Shown one piece after another: positions 50,701-59,979 of a DNA stretch of 64,000 nucleotides. Every line of letters starts with the position of its first letter. The stretch's first letter is position 1. Both the position numbers and the translations under genes were made by a program. This DNA comes from Candidatus Poribacteria bacterium. GTDB taxonomy: Bacteria; Poribacteria; WGA-4E; WGA-3G. The notes beneath the pieces were generated by a model. The model saw only the letters and a program-made list of their open reading frames with translations. It did no database searches and was not told the DNA's origin. Location: positions 2,400,001 to 2,464,000 of the forward strand of contig OZ240248.1 in assembly GCA_965198235.1 (NCBI GenBank), in the 5' to 3' direction.

Positions 50701-51402
50701 CAGATAGCCATCAACAAAAATGTTATGTACAGTGCCGTAAACTGCCCATTCAACGAAACTCGCTGTGCCTTCTTCTAACCACCGCTGGTCAGTGGTCCCA
50801 CCGTTCTGGAACCAATTGATGAGATGCGCGAGTTCGTGTGCGAGACTGCTATAAAAAGTATGTCGAGCCCGTTCTCTGAACTGGAAAACGTCCATATAGA
50901 GCATTTCGCGACGGTTGCTGTTCGGTAGTGTGGGCAACTGATCGGTGGGCGAGAAATAGCCACCGTAGTCTCGTCCGGAGTTGTTCATACCGACATCGTG
51001 CATCAACAAGGTAATGCGGTTGTCTCTGTCGAGTCCGGGTTTCCATTCAGTTCCCATCCACTTTCGAACGTCCGGGTAGATGCGGTTGTCAAATTCTCTT
51101 GCTACGGCGGTAGCTTCGGCATCCGTGAACAGATCGCGCACCGAATTGTCGACATAGACATAGAGATGTTCACTCTTCGCAATACAGGTGGCTATTACCT
51201 CTGTCTCAGGAATGTGAATAAAAAATCGCTCTACGTGTCCAATTTGAACGGGTGCGGCGGGGGCAGTGGGAATTTCTTCAGGGAAGTGTTGATTGATGTG
51301 TTCTTGATGCAAGAGCGGTGTCCCACACAACCACGGCTCCTCGGACACGGAAGCACCAACGACGCAAAAAATAAGAAAGGTTGATATTATTAAAAGTCGC
51401 AT
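47797..51402 (-). CDS. Secreted zinc metalloprotease-like + LVIVD repeats + FlgD-Ig/secretion C-terminal domain
   Basis: Signal peptide, HELAH...WLEEG, repeated AYVADG.G...ID...P, NFPNPFNPETWIPYQL...WDGRN...SGVYFY. Confidence 0.8.
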   Translation of the reverse strand: MRLLIISTFLIFCVVGASVSEEPWLCGTPLLHQEHINQHFPEEIPTAPAAPVQIGHVERFFIHIPETEVIATCIAKSEHLYVYVDNSVRDLFTDAEATAVAREFDNRIYPDVRKWMGTEWKPGLDRDNRITLLMHDVGMNNSGRDYGGYFSPTDQLPTLPNSNRREMLYMDVFQFRERARHTFYSSLAHELAHLINWFQNGGTTDQRWLEEGTASFVEWAVYGTVHNIFVDGYLANPSISLAYTNTSDVYYGGTFLLMLYLYEQYGGPEIIRSIIETDALGEQAIDAALAGDGKSDRFPEVFLKWGLANWTNTQAQNKQLGYAALRNRKVSAVTPRVRSYPNEANNIPIDQWGAYYIVFENLPETLNLSVIGSGSGNLYATTLYLPSNGRPVVTPIPFNTKNRGVFAWAFPRREGLLRDGKIVLMVTADVPQTFRYVAVDLPAANNGGAVEVPRQRASDTMPDAVTYALGNLTQRSASPAKLTPETQLEPRTQIHLASDYTDLVIGDPNASHLYAASDWGLEIFTLIEPTQPARIGEIATPGRARSVAVAGDTAYVADGAIGVQVIDIAVPSKPSIVKTLGGFTSVHRVRVADDKLYALDRERGMLVFNLRDVHNMQVPRPRRFFRTAGTPINVAIHNGTVYFSDDRHGLLILDPSPFGDFVVRSVVPILATAHEIEETRGTTHAYVASGNLILVDVTDNQNPEIDFRLNTPGLATGIQFRNDTVYLTDRQTGLHIINVRNPQQPRRISTQPTSGNATDIVLRDTLAYIADGKGGIQTIDISESESPKWLHRYASGGTAYGLDIVETDAGERTVYVANGVGGLKALEFTTPYHGSVTKKLPLSTKIITSNNQFEAASGTKIRVQNGYGFVAAETGMYVVNLATDTIASHIPTTSPVSDIALHEGYAYLCTGSLIVVDSRAPQQSRIVSKRDMPGSAYRVVVDTNPPVHAYVAALEGGLHVFDITGPAVPRLVGSYATQGNATGVALSDERAYLLDSSIGVAVLDVSEPNNPKLQDAYENDALPIDATVSGDSLYLLDSNSVQVIDTRTLTATSSFRGLRFPFELKSVGSALYVADLYQLRIFRVHPEGYSLAVEEPTQSDWTPNAVKPTLVNRLNQNFPNPFNPETWIPYQLASDMNVSLHIYDAQGRRIYFKALGYRKAGSHTAYWDGRNATGESVASGVYFYAIQTGTFHATRKMLIKR
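50171..50193 (-). repeat. G/T-rich modular tract, short copy inside a CDS
   Basis: Minus strand GGGGTTTTTGCTTGGGCGTTTCC (encodes GVFAWAF). Confidence 0.6.
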
Positions 51403-51442
51403 TAGATGTGTAGTGTTCTATTGAGTTTGAATTTTAGTGTAG

Positions 51443-51523
51443 GTTTGTAGTCGTGCGATTTATCGCACTGCTTCGCAGTGAGAACGGGTGAACGACGGGC
51501 AATGAATTGCCCTACTACAAACC
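51443..51523. repeat. Inverted pair of GTAG-type REP palindromes (REPIN-like)
   Basis: GGTTTGTAGTCGTGCGATTTATCGCAC ... GGGCAATGAATTGCCCTACTACAAACC. Confidence 0.7.
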
Positions 51524-51733
51524 AAAGCAGGCACCCATAATTTGAAAGTAGATGAAGTAGTCGTTATTCCTCAGCAGACGTACTAATTCAACAAATTTCA
51601 GTAATCATTAATTTCACTATTATCTATTTTACAATAGTTGTGCTGTAAATTCAACCGATACCAGAAATCCCTTTACAGACCACAATCCCTCTGCTATACT
51701 TATATGTAAAGACACCAAAAAGGAGCAACCTCA

Positions 51734-52759
51734 ATGTATCGTGTCGGTATCATCGGATTGGGCAGTATCGCCTCCCGTTATTCAACGCCAAATGACCCTT
51801 ATCCCTATTGCCACACAGGCGGCATCCGTTTTTGTGAGACCACCGAATTGGTCGCAGTCGCGGACATGTCCCACGAACGCCAAACGGAGTTTCAACAGGT
51901 GTGGGGACCTGCTTTCCCAGATAATTCCATAAACTACTACGAAACGGATACACAGATGCTTGAAAGTGAAGATTTAGACATCGTTGCTGTCTGTGTGCGC
52001 GGACCGCATCATTTCGCGGTGATGCAAAACGTTTTGAAGGCGGACATAAAAGCCATCTTCCTTGAAAAACCAGCCGGATGTTCACTCGAAGAGGTTGACA
52101 CGATGACCGCAGGGGCTGACGCAAAAGGAATTCCTATTGTCGTGGACTACACACGGCACTGGGCACCACACCTCATCCATCTCCAATCGCTCATCAAGGA
52201 TGGACTCATCGGTGAGGTGCAAACCGTCATCGGTTATTGCGGCGGCGGTGTGCTCTCCTTCGCTATCCACACGACGGATATGATTTGCCAGTTTGCTGGC
52301 TATGATCCCGTTTCTGTGACTGGGTTCGTTGAGGGGGGTGGGGATGTGCCAGAGCCTTATGAACCTGAACCGGCGATTGTCGGCTCGACCATTCAATTTG
52401 AGAGTGGTGTTGTCGGTTTCCATGTCGGGAACCATGGAACACGTGGCGGATTCTCTGTTGATGTTCTCGGTAGTGAAGGCAGCGTTCAGGCAGGATTTTA
52501 TAGCGACACGACCGTCCATAAAGAAGGGAAGTTAGTTGATAATGCTACCCTCGATCTTCCTGAAAACGCCGGTCCGTTCGATGTCGCATATAAACAGATT
52601 ACCGATTACTTAGACGGCGGACCGTTACCCGATTGTGCCCGTGATGATTATACCGCTGTCAATGAAATTGGCTTTGCGACTATCGAAAGCGGCATAACCG
52701 GACAGACGGTCCGACTCCCGTGCCAGAACAGGAAACGGCTCATCTTCGCGAACGGCTAA
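51734..52759 (+). CDS. Gfo/Idh/MocA oxidoreductase
   Basis: VGIIGLG, FLEKP. Confidence 0.85.
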   Translation: MYRVGIIGLGSIASRYSTPNDPYPYCHTGGIRFCETTELVAVADMSHERQTEFQQVWGPAFPDNSINYYETDTQMLESEDLDIVAVCVRGPHHFAVMQNVLKADIKAIFLEKPAGCSLEEVDTMTAGADAKGIPIVVDYTRHWAPHLIHLQSLIKDGLIGEVQTVIGYCGGGVLSFAIHTTDMICQFAGYDPVSVTGFVEGGGDVPEPYEPEPAIVGSTIQFESGVVGFHVGNHGTRGGFSVDVLGSEGSVQAGFYSDTTVHKEGKLVDNATLDLPENAGPFDVAYKQITDYLDGGPLPDCARDDYTAVNEIGFATIESGITGQTVRLPCQNRKRLIFANG

Positions 52760-52772
52760 CGCCGAGGTTTCT

Positions 52773-53534
52773 ATGGCATCTATATTCAAACTGGACAATT
52801 TATACCGGTTCTTTATGAGGGCATACCCCATCAAGTCTTATGGCACACCTCCTAACGCACCCCTTCACAAGGAATTAAACCGATGCCGTGTCGCGCTAAT
52901 TACAACTGCTGGATTACATCTCCAGGAACAAACGCCTTACGATGATAGGATTATAGGTGGAGATTGTTCATACCGAGAAATACCAAATACAATCGAGACA
53001 CAAGTTCTTGCTCTTGGGCATAGAAGTAAGGCTTTCGACTCAAGTGGCACAGAAAGTGATATAAACCTGGTATTTCCACTGGATCGATTTCGAGAATTAG
53101 AAAACGAACGTAAAGTCGGTTCACTCAACGATAGGCATTTCAGTTTCATGGGATCAATTACAAAACCGAAACTACTCATTGAAAAAACCGCACCTGAGGT
53201 TGCACAGATGCTGAAATCGGATGGTGTAGACGTTGCTTTCTTAACCCCTGTATGACCGATGTGCAATCAGTCTGTAGGATTGATACAACGTGCTGTTGAA
53301 GAAAGGGGAATATCGACTATCTCCATAACGCTTGATGAAAGCATAACGAAAAGGGTGAAACCACCACGGGCGTTATCAGTGCCGTATAGATTTGGTTATC
53401 CGCTTGGAGAGCCAAACAACCCATCACTGCAACACGCACTCATCGCTGAAGCACTCGCGCTCTTGGAGGACGAGACCCCACCTCCCATTCTTAAAAGTAG
53501 CAAACACACACCAAAGGAGAAAACACATGGATAG
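52773..53534 (+). CDS. GrdB/PrdB-like (glycine/proline reductase B family) selenoprotein; TGA 53253-53255 read as Sec
   Basis: VALITTAG, DINLVFPLDR, FSFMG, then FLTPV-TGA-PMCNQSVGLI in the same frame (UxxC), followed by PPRAL...GYPLG. Confidence 0.8.
53266..53284 (+). promoter_or_regulatory. Bacterial SECIS-like hairpin
   Basis: ATCAGTC-TGTAG-GATTGAT stem-loop starting at the 11th nt after the TGA. Confidence 0.6.
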
Positions 53535-54588
53535 AGTCAAAGTTGGCGTTATCGGATGTGGCGGTATTTTCCGCGCGCTCCATGCCCCTTATTACCAAGA
53601 ACCGACGCGACGCGCAGACATCGTCGCAATCGCCGATGTCAATGAGGCATCTGCAAATGAGCAAGCAGACCGGTTTGGTGCCGATGCCTACACGGACTAC
53701 CGCGCGCTCCTCGACAGACAAGATATAGACGCTGTTGATGTCTGTGCCCATCCACGTCCACACCTTGAAATCACCCGTGCTGCCGCTGCTGCCGGCAAAC
53801 ACATCTTGATGGAGAAGCCGATGTGTTGTAACGTCGCGGAGGGTGAAGCAATGATCGCCGCCGCTGAAGATGCCGGTGTTCTCCTGATGGTCGCCTATAT
53901 GATGCGGTTCAACCCGGGTTACATGAAACTGAAGTCGTTATTGGACGATGGCACGCTCGGCACACTGCAGATGGCGTATTCCAATCAGGTCGGTTGGTTC
54001 TCACCGGAACGGCATCCGTGGCTCTTTGTGAAGGCAGAATCGGGCGGTATGTTAGTGGAGCAAGCCATTCACGAACTCGATATCTGGTTGTGGTTATACG
54101 GTCCCGCCTCCACTGTCTACGGGTTCACCAGTCATGTTCCGCTCGGTGGCACCTACCCACCTGCCGAACAAGCTGTGGAAAACAATGCCGTGCTGACCGT
54201 GCATTTCAAAAACGGTGGTGTCGGTATGATGATGAAGAGTTGGGCATCTGAGATTCGGAACAGCGGTAACGGTCTTGTCACCAGCAAAGGTTCTGCGACA
54301 TTGATTCAGAATGGACTCCGTTGGAAAACCCACGACATGGCAGAGGCGGAAGAGTTCACTGCGCCGGTGCCAGATGACGGCACCTACCGCAATGTGCCGG
54401 ATGCACATCGCCAACAGCGGTATTGGGGCATGGCAGCGAAAGGCACGAGCATCGACCATTGGCTCCAGTGCATCGCTGGTGAAGCAGAACCGACAACCCA
54501 CGGACGTATCGGCAGAGACGGTATCGAGTTGGCAGAGGCAACGTATCGTTCCTCCCAAATCGGCGCGCCGATTTCGTTGCCACTGTAG
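53527..54588 (+). CDS. Gfo/Idh/MocA oxidoreductase
   Basis: VGVIGCGG, GKHILMEKP, SGGMLVEQAIHELD. Confidence 0.9.
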   Translation: MDRVKVGVIGCGGIFRALHAPYYQEPTRRADIVAIADVNEASANEQADRFGADAYTDYRALLDRQDIDAVDVCAHPRPHLEITRAAAAAGKHILMEKPMCCNVAEGEAMIAAAEDAGVLLMVAYMMRFNPGYMKLKSLLDDGTLGTLQMAYSNQVGWFSPERHPWLFVKAESGGMLVEQAIHELDIWLWLYGPASTVYGFTSHVPLGGTYPPAEQAVENNAVLTVHFKNGGVGMMMKSWASEIRNSGNGLVTSKGSATLIQNGLRWKTHDMAEAEEFTAPVPDDGTYRNVPDAHRQQRYWGMAAKGTSIDHWLQCIAGEAEPTTHGRIGRDGIELAEATYRSSQIGAPISLPL

Positions 54589-54711
54589 CTGTGTCTCCTT
54601 TTTTTGTAGAAACAATCCCACAATATCAGCCCATACGCTGTAGGGCGGACTTCACTATCCGCCCCTTACTACCTAAAATTTGCTTTTCAAGCCAAAGAGG
54701 AGAGGGAAGCT

Positions 54712-55656
54712 ATGACTGCAGGAATCGTGTTGGTTTTAATGGGGCTTGCATCATCCCAAATTATTAGCAACAACATAATAGGAAGCATTGAAGTAACGCC
54801 GAGCATCGAAATCGTGGAGATACCGAGCGAGTTTTCTGCTTTCAGGCAAGTGGGCTGTAACAAATATGTCAACGTTTTCGGGATTCACATCTTCGCAAGC
54901 CTAACGACATCTGAAGATAAGCTCTCTCACGCCGCAGGAGTTTTGGCACAATACCTCGATAACGACGAAGACGGTGTTCCTGACAACACGCGGGTTCTCA
55001 GTCATCTGGTGAGCCGAAACGTCTTCATCATTATGCCCGGAACAGAGGCGGAGATGGAGGGGTTGGAAATGGATCTGGTAGCAGAGTCGGATTATCGATT
55101 TGGTCAAGACCTGTATGGCGAAGAAACCAAGCCGGATTTCCTTGTTGATGGCAAAATCAACGTCCCCGATGGCGGATACTACGACGGCGCTTTAGAGGAA
55201 ATTCTGCATCCTATTACACAACATGGTTATGCCAACGCTTACCCCGAGGTGTTCGGGGAGGAACGGGGGTCCATCTTAGCGAAGTGCATGGATGCCGCCC
55301 GTGGTGGATATTTCGAGCAAGTGCCACAAGGGGGTCCCAAGAGCGGGTATCCGGCAGAAGCTTGGTATCACTATACGGATGAAACCTGTGACTATGGTTG
55401 CATGGTTACGGAGTATATCTATTGGGCTTTGACATCGATATTGGGGACACAGGACTTTCCAGGACGACACGAGGCACTTGAAGTCGAATGGGAATTGAAT
55501 ACCAGAGAACGGGTTAGAACTGGGGATGCTGCAGTATATGCACTTCTGACAGACCCTCAGTACAAATTTCCGACCAAAGCACCGGATGGAAACTACAAAC
55601 CATCGGCGTTTCCCGTTACAGTTGTTCCTATCATCGCTATTAAAGATGAAGATTAA
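54712..55656 (+). CDS. Secreted hypothetical protein, zincin-like (LEEILH)
   Basis: QYLDNDEDG, LEEILHPI, TEYIYW. Confidence 0.55.
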   Translation: MTAGIVLVLMGLASSQIISNNIIGSIEVTPSIEIVEIPSEFSAFRQVGCNKYVNVFGIHIFASLTTSEDKLSHAAGVLAQYLDNDEDGVPDNTRVLSHLVSRNVFIIMPGTEAEMEGLEMDLVAESDYRFGQDLYGEETKPDFLVDGKINVPDGGYYDGALEEILHPITQHGYANAYPEVFGEERGSILAKCMDAARGGYFEQVPQGGPKSGYPAEAWYHYTDETCDYGCMVTEYIYWALTSILGTQDFPGRHEALEVEWELNTRERVRTGDAAVYALLTDPQYKFPTKAPDGNYKPSAFPVTVVPIIAIKDED

Positions 55657-55776
55657 TGGGGGTAGTAGCACCTTATGAAACAACAGATCGCAGTGTTGCA
55701 GTAGGAGATAGAGGCACGCAAATAAGAATAACCAACCTGATTGCACGCCGCAATCGGAAATCAGAAGGCGTTCATA

Positions 55777-56955
55777 ATGAGAATTCGTTTTATGTTTCAC
55801 AAAGCCGTTTCTCTTTTTTGCTTTGTGGTTTTAATTTCTATGCACTTTGTGCATGAAGGCTATTCCCAAACGCAAATCGAACAAAGCGTTTCCTTAAAAG
55901 AGCAGCAGGAAGGTAGGACCCTATTGGTTGGTGCTGCAACACTATCTGGGCTTCTCCTCTACGGACCGGGGACAGCGCGCCTCCTTGAGATTGAATCAGG
56001 GAGTCAATTCGCTGGATTGGAACTACTCATTGGTGGCGGTTCTTTTATAGGTGCCCTTCAACTCACAAAAAATCATCGACTCGGTGTTGGACGATCCAAT
56101 TTAATCCTATCGGGCAGCTTCGCCGGGACCCTATATGGGTTCGGGGTGCCAGTGTTGTTTGAATCAGAGAATGACAAGGCTTACTTTGCTTCTGCGATGC
56201 TTGCTACGCCAATAGGGGGTCTGATTGCCCATAGACTTACTGCTCACAGATGGTTTAAAAAGGGTGAATCATATTTGATGACCAACGGCGGATTTGTGGG
56301 TGGATTGTACGGGCTTGCGGTTCCATATATCGCCAATATCGAAAATCTTGAAGATTGGACGCAAACCAAAATCTATGTTGTGTCCGCAATGGTTGGAGTC
56401 CCTATCGGGACATGGGCGACAACAAAGTTGATTTACAACAAACCGATTAATGAAGGGCGATCACATCTCATCTCCTTTGGCGGATTAGTTGGTAGTGCCT
56501 ATGCAAATGGAATTGTTTCCCTACTGGATATAGAATCATCGCGAGCCTATGTGTTAGCCTCCATGGTCGGCTTACCAACGGTAGCATATCTTGGCTATAA
56601 ATTGACGACTGCGGGTGAATACACACCCGGTAGGGCAGCTTTGATACAAATTGGCGCGTATGCGGGTGCTCTGTTTGGCAATGGGGTCGTTCTGCTGGCT
56701 GAGGCGGAAAGCCATAAACCTTATGTTGTCGCGAGTATGCTTGGATCAGCCGCTGGCATGTGGTTTGCACACCATTCTACACGAGGTTGGGGCGAGAAAA
56801 CTCCTTTTACGAGAAACGATCTCATACCTAAATCAGAAGAGTTCACCGTTTCCTTGCCTTCAATCGATAAATGGTTTACGCTCGGTTTGATGGCACTCCG
56901 TAAACCAGCTTTCATGGCTAATTTTCCTGTGGAATTGGTCCGAATCTCATTCTAA
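55777..56955 (+). CDS. Gly-rich multi-pass membrane protein with internal repeats
   Basis: Signal peptide; repeated GR..LI..GG..G units. Confidence 0.6.
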   Translation: MRIRFMFHKAVSLFCFVVLISMHFVHEGYSQTQIEQSVSLKEQQEGRTLLVGAATLSGLLLYGPGTARLLEIESGSQFAGLELLIGGGSFIGALQLTKNHRLGVGRSNLILSGSFAGTLYGFGVPVLFESENDKAYFASAMLATPIGGLIAHRLTAHRWFKKGESYLMTNGGFVGGLYGLAVPYIANIENLEDWTQTKIYVVSAMVGVPIGTWATTKLIYNKPINEGRSHLISFGGLVGSAYANGIVSLLDIESSRAYVLASMVGLPTVAYLGYKLTTAGEYTPGRAALIQIGAYAGALFGNGVVLLAEAESHKPYVVASMLGSAAGMWFAHHSTRGWGEKTPFTRNDLIPKSEEFTVSLPSIDKWFTLGLMALRKPAFMANFPVELVRISF

Positions 56956-57071
56956 TCAAAACGGCAGGGTCATTTGGTTTCCAATGCGAATCCGAGTATA
57001 GAGAGGTTTCCAACCCTAATCGTTATACCGTGGGGTGAGATCTTCGTGCCTCACCCTTACAGCACGCACGT

Positions 57072-59813
57072 TCACATCGAAATCCCCAATAACCCCCGCG
57101 TCAACTGAAAATCCGTATTTCCTTTGCCGTGCAGTTTCGGGGTATACTGCCGCGAAGCCACCTCCACGATTAACGCTAATAGGTCGTCAACATTAGCAGA
57201 TGTCAAGTCCAGGTCTGCGCCGTAATTGGCTTGTGTTGCGGCATCTGTAGATATCTGAATCAGCGGCACCATCACATGCGATTGCAGAGGGGCACCGACG
57301 ATATGCGCAAGTGCCAGATCCACACCCGTCGCGCCTAAGCCTGTCAGCGTCTCCGTCTGTTGATCGGTAGGAGTCTCCATGATATGGAAGCCCGCCTTTT
57401 CAACCCGCTGTCCATACGCCAGTGTCGGCGTAATAGTTTTCGGCGTGTCTGTCAGAGAAACTACTGACGGTTTCCATTCCGCATTCGCTGGCACGACAAC
57501 CGTTCCACCTGCCGCGACAACTCTGTGCGTCAATTGCGTCAACGACTCCGAGACTTCTTCAATTATTGTCCCAGTTGATGTCACGGCGATGCAAAGGTGT
57601 TCTAATCCCGCATCAACAACTGGAACAGACGGTTTATTGGAAAGTTCGTCCGAGAACCAGGCTTGCACCTTGTCAATAACAGCATCAATTCCGCCATCCA
57701 ATTGCACGCTCGCCCAACCGTAGTGTTCCGGTGATATACCGAGTTTCTGGATCTCATGTCGGACGTGGTCGTTGTGGGTTTTCTCACAACCGTGTTCAAG
57801 GAGTAGACCGAGGGCAACCGTCGGATGCGTGAGGTGTCCAATCATCGTGCGGGTGTAAATCTCCTCGGAACGTCCACTGGAGACACCACATCCTTCCGTA
57901 TGCGGTAGCGCAACAAAGCGTGATATGCCTTGCTTTTCCCCGATTCTCCGCTCGTTGCAACGGTGCGCGATCATTTGTGCAATCTGACCCGAACAGAGGC
58001 TGGTCGGTAAAATCAGTCCCACCTGATCTGTGCGATATCCGACTTCTGTTTGGAGCGCACGGAATTGTAATTTTGGGGGGAGTCGCGATTCGGAGATCGC
58101 TCCTACCAGGGAGGTTTCAATCGGAATCGGTTCACCAGATTTCAATTCGGATTCTATCAAAAGTGGGTCTAAATCTACGGGACCCGTCTGCTTCCAATCG
58201 CGCCACAGTGAAACCTGGGAGTGTCCCGCTTTCTCCCCAACAGAACGTTCACCCGATGCGATGTCCACCGTCAAGTCAAGCATAGACTCACCGAGTTCTT
58301 CCATCGGTATGCCGTCAAGATACGCACCGGCATTCACGTCCATATCCTTGGAAAGCATTTCATATCGTCCGGTTGTGGTGACGATCTTGATTGTCGGCAC
58401 GAAGGGAAAATTGGTAATTGACCCGTTGCCTGTTACAAAGAAAATCATGTTGGAACCGGATGCCACCTGCCCGGCGATGCTTTCCAAATCGTTGCCGGGA
58501 CTGTCCATGAAATAGTAACCCGGTTTTTCCATGAGTTGACTGTAATCAATGACATGATCAAGGCAGACATCGGGATGCCGTTTCATTGCCGCGCCGATCG
58601 ATTTAATGGCGATGTTATAGAGTCCACGGAAGTTGTTGCCACCAGATGGATTCGCCTCTGTGGAGTGTCCGTGCCACGCGGCACGCTCCTTGAAACGTTC
58701 AATCGTCCTGAGGAACGTACGCGCTGTCGGTAGGTCACGGGCGTTCTGCAACACATAAGCCTCGGAGCCAATAAGTTCGTCGGTTTCTGCGAGGTTGGCA
58801 CACCCGCCATAACGGATGACCTCTTTCGCAACGTAAGCGGCGAGTGGATTGCCCGATACACCCGAAAACGCATCGGAACCGCCACACTGCAGGGCGATTT
58901 TGAGATGTTCCAGAGATTGCGAGGCGCGCGCGACGCTGTTCACGCTGTCCAGCCATCCGTTGATAATCTTCGCACCACTGGCTAAGTCTGTGTCGAAACT
59001 CCCCTGTAGTTGATAGAAGTGGTGGATGATGTCACCCAAATCATATCCTTCGCGCAGCATATACGCCTTGAGCATTTCGTTTGTAACCGCTTCAGTACCA
59101 TAGTCAACGAGCAGTATTGCACCGATGTTCGGATGGACGGTGAAACCTGCGAGCGTTCGGAGCAGCATATCAATGTTATTGGGAGTCTTGCTTTCACCCC
59201 CCTCGGTGTGCGTTACGGCAACAATACCGTCTATGTTCGGATAGGCTTCAGCACTCTCTGAACACATGTCGGCAAGTCTTCTCGCGAAGCCAGAGGTCCG
59301 TGCAGTCGTCCCCATAACGACGATGTAATTTCGCGTGCCAACGCCACGATTACCGGGACGTTGATAACCGAGGAAGGGACGTTCGTCCGCATGACGCGGC
59401 ACCTGTTTCCCTGAGCGGAATTCTGCTTCATCCAACGCATAGGGTGCCATTTTATCGCTGAAGTTAGGTGTCTCCAGCAATTCAAAGGGTAGGTTTCTAA
59501 TCGATAACGAATCGATCATCTTCTGATTGCACACGTAATCGCCGGGAGCGATGGAACGTGTGGCAAAACCGAAAGGTAGACCCCACGACAAGAGTGGCTC
59601 GGTTTCCGAAATCGATTGGACAGCGAACCGATGTCCTTCTAAAATAGTGTGCGATAGTTGAAGATGCTGCCCATCATAATGGATACCCGTACCACCCTCT
59701 AAGGTTTGTGTTGCGATGGCAACGTTATCGTCCGGCGAAGGCAGCCGTGCAACAGAGGTAAAATCATTTTTTAATTTACCTTGCGGTTCGGTCAAGTGGT
59801 TTGTGGTTTTCAT
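57072..59813 (-). CDS. UxaA/GarD-family dehydratase with SAF domain and a duplicated C-terminal module
   Basis: DNVAIA, VGTRNY, HTEGG, LQCGGSDAFSG, TGNGS; second HTEGCG...GCEK; RBS GGAGGAG before ATG 59813. Confidence 0.85.
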   Translation of the reverse strand: MKTTNHLTEPQGKLKNDFTSVARLPSPDDNVAIATQTLEGGTGIHYDGQHLQLSHTILEGHRFAVQSISETEPLLSWGLPFGFATRSIAPGDYVCNQKMIDSLSIRNLPFELLETPNFSDKMAPYALDEAEFRSGKQVPRHADERPFLGYQRPGNRGVGTRNYIVVMGTTARTSGFARRLADMCSESAEAYPNIDGIVAVTHTEGGESKTPNNIDMLLRTLAGFTVHPNIGAILLVDYGTEAVTNEMLKAYMLREGYDLGDIIHHFYQLQGSFDTDLASGAKIINGWLDSVNSVARASQSLEHLKIALQCGGSDAFSGVSGNPLAAYVAKEVIRYGGCANLAETDELIGSEAYVLQNARDLPTARTFLRTIERFKERAAWHGHSTEANPSGGNNFRGLYNIAIKSIGAAMKRHPDVCLDHVIDYSQLMEKPGYYFMDSPGNDLESIAGQVASGSNMIFFVTGNGSITNFPFVPTIKIVTTTGRYEMLSKDMDVNAGAYLDGIPMEELGESMLDLTVDIASGERSVGEKAGHSQVSLWRDWKQTGPVDLDPLLIESELKSGEPIPIETSLVGAISESRLPPKLQFRALQTEVGYRTDQVGLILPTSLCSGQIAQMIAHRCNERRIGEKQGISRFVALPHTEGCGVSSGRSEEIYTRTMIGHLTHPTVALGLLLEHGCEKTHNDHVRHEIQKLGISPEHYGWASVQLDGGIDAVIDKVQAWFSDELSNKPSVPVVDAGLEHLCIAVTSTGTIIEEVSESLTQLTHRVVAAGGTVVVPANAEWKPSVVSLTDTPKTITPTLAYGQRVEKAGFHIMETPTDQQTETLTGLGATGVDLALAHIVGAPLQSHVMVPLIQISTDAATQANYGADLDLTSANVDDLLALIVEVASRQYTPKLHGKGNTDFQLTRGLLGISM
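58081..58106. repeat. REP palindrome inside the UxaA-like CDS
   Basis: AGTCGCGATTCGGAGATCGCTCCTAC, 23/26 identical to intergenic 10898-10923. Confidence 0.7.
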
Positions 59814-59831
59814 GTTCTCCTCCGTAGATTT

Positions 59832-59912
59832 GAAGAAACACCCAAGCAATACGCAGAAATACGCAGAAATCCACAGAAATACCCAAGCAAAAACCCCTAT
59901 CAAAAACACCCC
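59832..59912 (-). repeat. G/T-rich modular tract, copy C
   Basis: Minus: GGGGTGTTTTTGATAGGG GTTTTTGCTTGGG TATTTCTGTG GATTTCTGCG TATTTCTGCG TATTGCTTGGG TGTTTCTTC. Confidence 0.8.
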
Positions 59913-59979
59913 TCCACTTCGTTACAGGCTTGAGGCTTTGGATTTTAGGAAGGATTGCGGACATTTGTGTAGAAGAGAA

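Noticed and set aside
59814-59909. N-terminal extension MFLIGVFAWVFLW... of the UxaA-like ORF, and ORF 2259..2519
   Set aside because: These are translations of the G/T-rich repeat; a strong RBS supports the start at 59813.
59832-59912. CRISPR array from the repeated 10-15-nt units (also 2294-2362)
   Set aside because: Units are too short, abut each other without unique spacers, and there are no cas genes.
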